This document shows positions 58,123 through 64,000 of a DNA stretch of 64,000 nt, in pieces (the first letter of the stretch is position 1; each line of letters begins with the position of its first letter). A model generated the notes under the pieces. That model was not told where the DNA came from, ran no database searches, and saw only the letters and a program-made list of their open reading frames with translations. Location: the NCBI GenBank assembly GCA_963789955.1, contig CAWBMV010000001.1, positions 640,001-704,000 on the forward strand. Reading direction: 5' to 3'. A program made the position numbers and the translations under genes. The stretch comes from an uncultured Candidatus Rokubacteria bacterium. GTDB lineage: Bacteria; Methylomirabilota; Methylomirabilia; Rokubacteriales; CSP1-6.

Positions 58123-58843
58123 ATGACCGTGCGACGCTTCGCGCTGCTCACCGTTGTCGTCGCCGTGACGGCGTTCGGCTGTTCGACGGCAAAAAACGTC
58201 ATCGGTGTCCCCACCGCCGGTGATCCGTCCGTCACGATCAAGTCGGCCGAGACCAGATGGCTCCTGATCAAGAATCCGAGATTCGGCGACGTGCCGAGCG
58301 AGCCTGAATACGTCTGGGTCGAGGAGGACAAGACGCCGATCACCTTCGGCACCGTGGTGTTCGGCAAGGGCTCGATCATCGCGCCGCCTGAAATCGTGGC
58401 CCGGTACGGTGCACCCCCCGGCGGCGGGAAGATCAGCGCGCGTCAGAACATGCCGACCCAGACGCCGACAACGGCTGGAACATCGGCGCCCGCTCAGCCG
58501 GCGTCAGGCCCCACGGCGCGCGGCCCGGCCCCTGCACCCGCTCACACGAACGGCAAGGCGCCGGGAAGGTCCGAAGAGGGGATTCGTCGTCTACGTGGAT
58601 ACGACCCGCATCGTGATCGATCTGACCTCTGCCGACGGGATCCGGGCCGGCACGCTCGTGAGCCTGCGGCGCGACGCGATCCCGCTCGTCCATCCCGTGA
58701 CCGGCGAGGTCCTCGGTGAGCTCGACGAGGAAGTGGGCACGGCGCGCGTCACCGAGATGCGCGAGCGGTTCTCGGTCGCAGATGTTCAAACGGTGGCCCC
58801 AGGCGCGCGGATCCAGATCAAGGATCGCGTCGTCCCGAAATAG
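58123..58843 (+). CDS. Lipoprotein with C-terminal FlgT-C-like domain (frameshift near 58560)
   Basis: Lipobox AFGC; Pro/Thr linker; IVIDL..DGIRAG..HPVTGEVLG..RVTEMRERFS. Confidence 0.6.
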
Positions 58844-58849
58844 TCGCTC

Positions 58850-59848
58850 GTGGCCACGCCCACCCTCGAGCGGGTCCTGAAGGAGCGGGTCGCCGGGCTT
58901 GTCGGCGCCGATCTGGAGCGTGTCGAGGCCGAGATCCGCCGCGAGCTCGACTCTCCCGTCGCGTTGATCCAGGAGATGGGTGGGTACATCGCGGGCGCCG
59001 GCGGCAAGCGCCTTCGCCCCATGCTCCTCTTGCTGGCGGCGCGCCTGGCGGGCTACGTCGGGCCGCGTGGTGTGCGGCTGGCCTGCGTGGTCGAGCTACT
59101 CCACACCGCGACGCTCATCCACGACGACGTCGTCGACCAGGCGCCGCTGCGACGCGGCCGGCCGTCGGCGAACGCCCAGTGGGGTGACGACGCCTCAGTC
59201 CTGGTGGGCGACCACCTGTACTCCAAGTCGTTCGCGATGCTCGTGCGAGACAACGATCGCGCCGTGATGGAGACCTTGGCGCGCTCGACGGTCTCGATGA
59301 CCGAGGCCGAGGTCTTCCAGCTCGAGCTCAAGCGGACGGGGGTCACCACCGAGGCGGACTACCTTCGGATCATCACCCAGAAGACCGCTTCGTTCATGTC
59401 GGCGTGCTGCCGCATCGGCGCGCTCCTGGGCGGGGTTCCGGCCGGGCAGGTCGACGCCCTCACGCAATACGGCCTGGACATCGGTGTCGCGTTCCAGATC
59501 TCGGACGACTCCCTCGACTTCGTCGCGAACCAGGATCGGCTCGGCAAAGCGATCGGCGCCGACCTGCGCGAGGGCAAGCGGACCTTGCCGCTCATCGCGA
59601 TGCTCGCCCGCGCGACCCCGGCGGAGTCCGAGCGCGTGAAGAGCCTGCTCAAGCGTCACGACCTCGATGCGGAGGAGATCGACGAGATCCGGCGTTACGT
59701 CGTCGATCACGAGGGCGTCGAGTACGCGCTGGCCCAGGCTCACGAATACGCGCGGTCGGCGAAGGCCGCACTGGCCGCTTTCAACCCGTCCGAGGAGCGC
59801 GAAACGCTGGCCCTGGTCGCGGATTTCGTGGTCGACCGCGATCGCTGA
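58850..59848 (+). CDS. ispB: Polyprenyl (octaprenyl-type) diphosphate synthase
   Basis: GGKRLRP, LIHDDVVD..RRG, KTA, FQISDDSLD. Confidence 0.88.
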   Translation: MATPTLERVLKERVAGLVGADLERVEAEIRRELDSPVALIQEMGGYIAGAGGKRLRPMLLLLAARLAGYVGPRGVRLACVVELLHTATLIHDDVVDQAPLRRGRPSANAQWGDDASVLVGDHLYSKSFAMLVRDNDRAVMETLARSTVSMTEAEVFQLELKRTGVTTEADYLRIITQKTASFMSACCRIGALLGGVPAGQVDALTQYGLDIGVAFQISDDSLDFVANQDRLGKAIGADLREGKRTLPLIAMLARATPAESERVKSLLKRHDLDAEEIDEIRRYVVDHEGVEYALAQAHEYARSAKAALAAFNPSEERETLALVADFVVDRDR

Positions 59849-59849
59849 C

Positions 59850-60656
59850 GTGGCCGTCATCACGCTGACGACCGACTTCGGCACGCGTGATCCCTATGTG
59901 GCCGAGATGAAGGGCGTGATCCTCTCGATTACCCGTGACGTGCATGTGGTCGACATCACCCACGAGGTCGCCCCGCACGACGTCCTGGAAGGCGCCCTGG
60001 CCCTGGAAGCCGCGGCGCCGCGGTTTCCGGCCGCTACGATCCATGTGGCGGTGGTCGATCCCGGGGTCGGCACCGCCCGCCGGGCGCTGGCGGTCGCCGC
60101 GCGCGACCAGATGTTCGTCGGACCGGACAACGGGCTGTTCACGCCCTTCCTGGATGACCCGCGCTTGCGCGCGTTCGAGCTCAGCGCCGCCGAGTTTCGC
60201 GGGACCGCCGTCAGCCGCACGTTTCACGGGCGCGACATCTTCGCGCCGGCGGCCGCCCACCTCGCGCGGGGTATCGAGCCGGCGCGCCTCGGATCGCTCG
60301 TGACCGATCCGGTCCGCCTGGCGTGGCCGGAGGTTCGCGTGAGTGAGGGCCGGGTTGGCGGAGCCGTGGTTCATGTCGACCGCTTCGGCAACCTGGTGAC
60401 CTCGATCCACGCCGACGCGATCGCCTCGCTCGGGTCGGGCGTGGCGGTCCGCGTCGCCGGCAAGTCGCTGCCGCTGGTGCGGACCTACGGCGACCTGGGG
60501 CGCGGCGAGCCGGGGGCGCTCGTGGGCTCGAGCAACCGGCTCGAGATCGCGGTCAATGCGGGAAGCGCCGCCAGGGCGCTCAAGGCCGGGCGGGGTACCG
60601 CGGTCGTGGTCAGTCGGACTTCGTCGGCGGAGCGGCGGGCGCGGAGGCGGACGTAG
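59850..60656 (+). CDS. SAM hydroxide adenosyltransferase (DUF62, fluorinase/chlorinase superfamily)
   Basis: TLTTDFG, VVDPGVGTAR, GPDNG, TFHGRDIF, VDRFGN. Confidence 0.88.
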   Translation: MAVITLTTDFGTRDPYVAEMKGVILSITRDVHVVDITHEVAPHDVLEGALALEAAAPRFPAATIHVAVVDPGVGTARRALAVAARDQMFVGPDNGLFTPFLDDPRLRAFELSAAEFRGTAVSRTFHGRDIFAPAAAHLARGIEPARLGSLVTDPVRLAWPEVRVSEGRVGGAVVHVDRFGNLVTSIHADAIASLGSGVAVRVAGKSLPLVRTYGDLGRGEPGALVGSSNRLEIAVNAGSAARALKAGRGTAVVVSRTSSAERRARRRT

Positions 60657-60963
60657 AACCGTCGGTTCCCTTCGACGCCGGCTTGTCGGCGGGCTTGTCG
60701 CTCGACTTCTCCGAGGGCTTCTCCGACGCCTTGTCCGATGACTTCTCCGAGGATTTCTCGGATTTCAGGGCCTGTTTGCGAGATTCCGACGGATAGTCGG
60801 TGACGTACCACCCTGCGCCCTTCAGGATGAACGGGGCGGCCGAGAGGAGGCGGCGCACTTCACCGCCGCATACGTCGCACACCGTCAGCGCCGGCTCGGA
60901 GATGCGCTGGCGTATTTCGAAGACGCGTCTGCACTTGAGGCATTCATATTCGTAGGTAGGCAT
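60610..60963 (-). CDS. FmdB family zinc-ribbon protein
   Basis: MPTYEYECLKC, CDVCGG, KGAGWYVTDY, low-complexity S/E/K tail. Confidence 0.9.
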   Translation of the reverse strand: MPTYEYECLKCRRVFEIRQRISEPALTVCDVCGGEVRRLLSAAPFILKGAGWYVTDYPSESRKQALKSEKSSEKSSDKASEKPSEKSSDKPADKPASKGTDGSTSASAPAAPPTKSD

Positions 60964-60987
60964 CTTGTTGAGGCTACATGGGGAGGA

Positions 60988-61690
60988 TTGATCGTGTCAA
61001 GAAGACACGGGATTTGGCTGACTCTATTTGTTCTCGGACTCTTGGTCGGATGCACCAACACGAAAGAAGCGGAGAAGCGGGCCGAAGTCCAGAAGCTCCA
61101 GGCGCGGGCCGCGTATGACCGCGCACTCAGCTACTTGAACGACAAACAGCCGGCGGGTGCGCTCGCCTCCCTTCAGGAGGCGATCAACGTCAACCCGGAG
61201 TCGCGCGCTCTATCGCGACACCCTCGGCGTGGTCTTGCTCGAGCTCGGACGCCCGGACATGGCGCTCGAGCACTTCAAGAAGGCCGTCGAGCTGAACCCC
61301 ATGTACGCCGATGCTCACTTCCACATGGGTACCGCGCTCGCCGAGTCGCGCCGCTGGGACGAGGCCGTCGCCAGCTACCGGAAGGCGCTGGAGCTTCCGA
61401 CCCTGACGATTCCCGAGACGGCGAATCAGAACCTCGGTCTGGCGCTGTATCACTTGAAGCAGTACCGAGAGGCCGAGCAGACGCTCCGCTTCGCGATCAG
61501 CCTCGATCCGAAGATGCAGACCGCCTACTACAACCTCGGACTCGTTTTCGTCGCTGAGAATCGGCGGGACGAGGCCAAGGCCGCCTTCCGTCAGGCTCGC
61601 CAGCTCGGCCCCGACTCGCCCGTCGGTCAGGCCGCCCTCGATCGGCTGAAAGCCCTGGGGGAGGGGGCCATAGCTCACGCATGTCCGTAA
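60988..61690 (+). CDS. TPR lipoprotein, PilF/PilW-like (frameshift near 61200)
   Basis: Lipobox LVGC; consecutive TPR motifs. Confidence 0.75.
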
Positions 61691-62050
61691 CGCGTAAGTA
61701 GCTGTTTTTACAGTCCAGATTTTGTTCTTGACCTTCATCCAACCAATGCAGTAAAAATTGCGCGGTGTGCAGGGGTTTGCCGTGCACACTTGATAACAGT
61801 CGTGACCACCCCGAGAGATTCCACGCAGGGCCTCGGTTCGGAGGCATCCGGATCGGGCGGCTCCAGGCGGTCTGTGGTCACGCACCTACGGCGACCTTCG
61901 TTCAGCAGTGCGCGGACTTCTAGAACAGGCGTCGCGCACGATGCGGTCGATCGGCGCCTCCGGCGCCGCGGGCGCGGAGTTGTTGGTGATGTCGGCGTTG
62001 AGTGCTGGCGCAGGCTTCGATGCTGCTCACCACCACTTGAGGAGGCGGTA

Positions 62051-63738
62051 ATGAGGAGAAGTACTTCGTCATCGCAGTACTCGCCGTCGTCGCCCTCGCG
62101 ATGCTGGCCCCGTCTGTCTTCGCGCAGACGCCGCCGCCGGCGCCGAAGGTGACCATCACCGGCCTGTTCGACCAGGTCACGACGGCCGGCCGGAACTTCT
62201 ACGACGGTAACTACTCGCGCGACGGGGATCCGGAGTGGTACGCCCGCACTCGCTTCCGTCCGGACTTCGAGTTCGCGGTCGGGCGGACCAAGGCCGTGCT
62301 CGGTGTCGAGTTCGACTTCAATGTACGGTCAGGGCGGCTCGAACGACGGCGGCTTCCCGGGCAACAACAGCGGGCCAGGCTGGCGGCTTCGCGGGTGGTA
62401 CCAAGACGCGGTGCCACGGGCGGCGGTCTGGACCTCAACACCGACGTCGCCGGGCTGTTCGAGGTCAAGTGGATCTACACCGAGTTCGACCTGACCGGCA
62501 AAGACAGCCTCATGCCGTTCATCCCGTTCTTGACGGTGGCTCGGGCGGGCGCTCAGCCGTTCGGCACGATCGCCAACTACAAGGTGTACTACGCGAACGG
62601 CGACTTCGCGGGCCTGGACCTCTACTCGACGTTCACCCCGGACATCAAGAACCACTTCGCCTGGGTGATCGTCGAGGATTCGCTGGCCGGCAACAACCGG
62701 GCGGCGGCGACGACGCGGACGAACCGCGGCGAGGACTAGGCGTGGATCATCAGCCCCGAGTTCTCGCCGACCAAGGGGCTGGACCTGAAGCCGATGTTCT
62801 CGTGGTTCCACGCGGACGGTCTTACCGTCCTGGCAGCTCCCGGCGTAACGCGACCAATCTCCGGCACCATCGGCGGCGCGATGAACAGGGCGGCCGGCGC
62901 TACCGGCGGCGGCGCGCCGGCCGGCGACCAGGCCAACCAGGAAAATCGCTACACGGTCGGTCTGGACGCGCGCTGGCGCATCGGGGCGTTCGGTCTCGAC
63001 CCCACGATCGCCTACCAGTGGGGTAAGTACGACACGCAGGCGCAGAAGACGAACGGTACGGTCGGGAAGGTCGAGGGCGACGCCGCGGCCTGGCTGTTCG
63101 ACGTGATCGCGAGCTACCAGCTCGGTCCGCTCCTCCTCGAGATGCGCGGCATGTACACCCCTGGTAACAAGGCGCGGGACAACCTGTCCGACGAGCAAGC
63201 GATACTTCGAGCCGCTCGACCGGACACCGGTACTGGGCGGCGGCTGGCTCGGCATCCTCGGCCTCGGCGTCGACTACTTCAACGGCGGCGGCGGCGCCAA
63301 CCAGGGCATGGATACCGGCATCGGCTACGACCGCTACGGTCGCGCTCAGGTGGCATTCCGGGCAACGTACAGCATCACGCCGGCCTGGAGCGTGTACGGA
63401 GTCGTCTCTCCGGCGTGGACGGCGCGAGAAGGTCGACACGGACACCGGACGCCTGCGCGACCGCCGTCGCCGGGGCAGCGCGCAACGCGGGTTGCGCCGG
63501 GCGGGTGACCGTGGCCGGCGCCCGAGCTTCGTCGAGGGTGATTCCAAGCTACATCGGTACGGAAATCAACGGCGGATTCACCTGGCGGTTCGCGCCGAAC
63601 ACGGCGTTCGATCTGGCCGCTTACTACCTGTTCGCCGGGTCGGCGCTAGACACGACGGAAAACCTGACCGGCGTCATAACAAAGCGCGACGCGAGTGACG
63701 GTTACTACGCAGCGGCGCGCGTGAGGCTGTCCTTCTAG
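62051..63738 (+). CDS. Outer-membrane beta-barrel porin-like protein (several frameshifts, one in-frame TAG at 62737)
   Basis: GAGGAGG RBS; signal ending VFAQ; amphipathic beta strands; C-terminal beta-signal YYAAARVRLSF. Confidence 0.75.
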
Positions 63739-63762
63739 GTCAGCCTGAGCTCGTGAGTCACG

Positions 63763-63804
63763 ACGGGGCATGGGTGGCTGGATCGCCCATGCCCCGTTTC
63801 ATTT
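63763..63804 (+). terminator. Rho-independent terminator after the porin
   Basis: ACGGGGCATGGG...CCCATGCCCCGT stem followed by TTCATTT. Confidence 0.75.
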
Positions 63805-63870
63805 CCCCCATTCCTTGACTCTCCCTACCCCCTGGGCTAGCCTCGGGCTGATGCTGGCGTCAGTATCCGC

Positions 63871-64000
63871 ATGAGCCTGTCCGCGGCTCGTATCGTCGCC
63901 CTCGGTGCTCCTCGTCGCTCTCTGGGGTTCCGGGACGTCGGGAGCCCAGACCGCGCCGCCCACCCTCGGTGTGCTCGTCGATCAAGTTCAAGCGCTGTTC
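63871..64000 (+). CDS. 5' end of a secreted protein (partial, runs off the window)
   Basis: MSLSAARIVAL/VLLVALWGSGTSGAQ signal-like start then TLGVLVDQVQALF. Confidence 0.4.
   Translation, partial: MSLSAARIVALGAPRRSLGFRDVGSPDRAAHPRCARRSSSSAV

Noticed and set aside
59850..60656. Fluorinase or chlorinase
   Set aside because: It has the Asp/Arg/His set (VVDPGVGTAR, TFHGRD) typical of DUF62 SAM hydrolases, and there is no halometabolite cluster around it
62737..62739. In-frame TAG in the porin as pyrrolysine or read-through
   Set aside because: No pyl genes in the window, other genes use TAG as a normal stop, and this gene is error-rich; likely a miscalled TGG or TAC

Overview
This is a very GC-rich window from a diderm bacterium; Candidatus Rokubacteria/Methylomirabilota is an unverified guess from the gene families. 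It appears to come from an imperfectly polished long-read assembly, because many genes, including essential ones, carry single-base frameshifts. Content is mostly core metabolism: iorAB; a complex I-like cluster nuoABC-[NIPSNAP]-DHIJKLMN lacking nuoEFG; a TetR-ECF sigma pair; rplU-rpmA-obgE-proB-proA-nadD-rsfS-dksA-TPR-comF-gap-pgk-tpiA-secG; a peptide ABC transporter; three tRNAs; a second run lipA-nuoABCDEFGHIJK-pdhABC-lpd lacking nuoLMN; pccB plus a split methylmalonyl-CoA mutase; and envelope genes ending in a beta-barrel porin. Four things stand out. (1) The two complex I clusters lack complementary modules, and each sits beside a matching 2-oxoacid oxidation system (ferredoxin-type versus NADH-type). 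(2) A ~70-110 bp element recurs at nuo gene junctions and reads as a translationally coupled mini-ORF or an N-terminal extension. (3) A second family of long in-frame palindromes with a shared AACCCCACT loop lies inside the linkers of iorB and pdhC. (4) A secreted thermonuclease homolog has lost two Ca2+-ligand aspartates. No CRISPR array, integrase, transposase or rRNA was seen.
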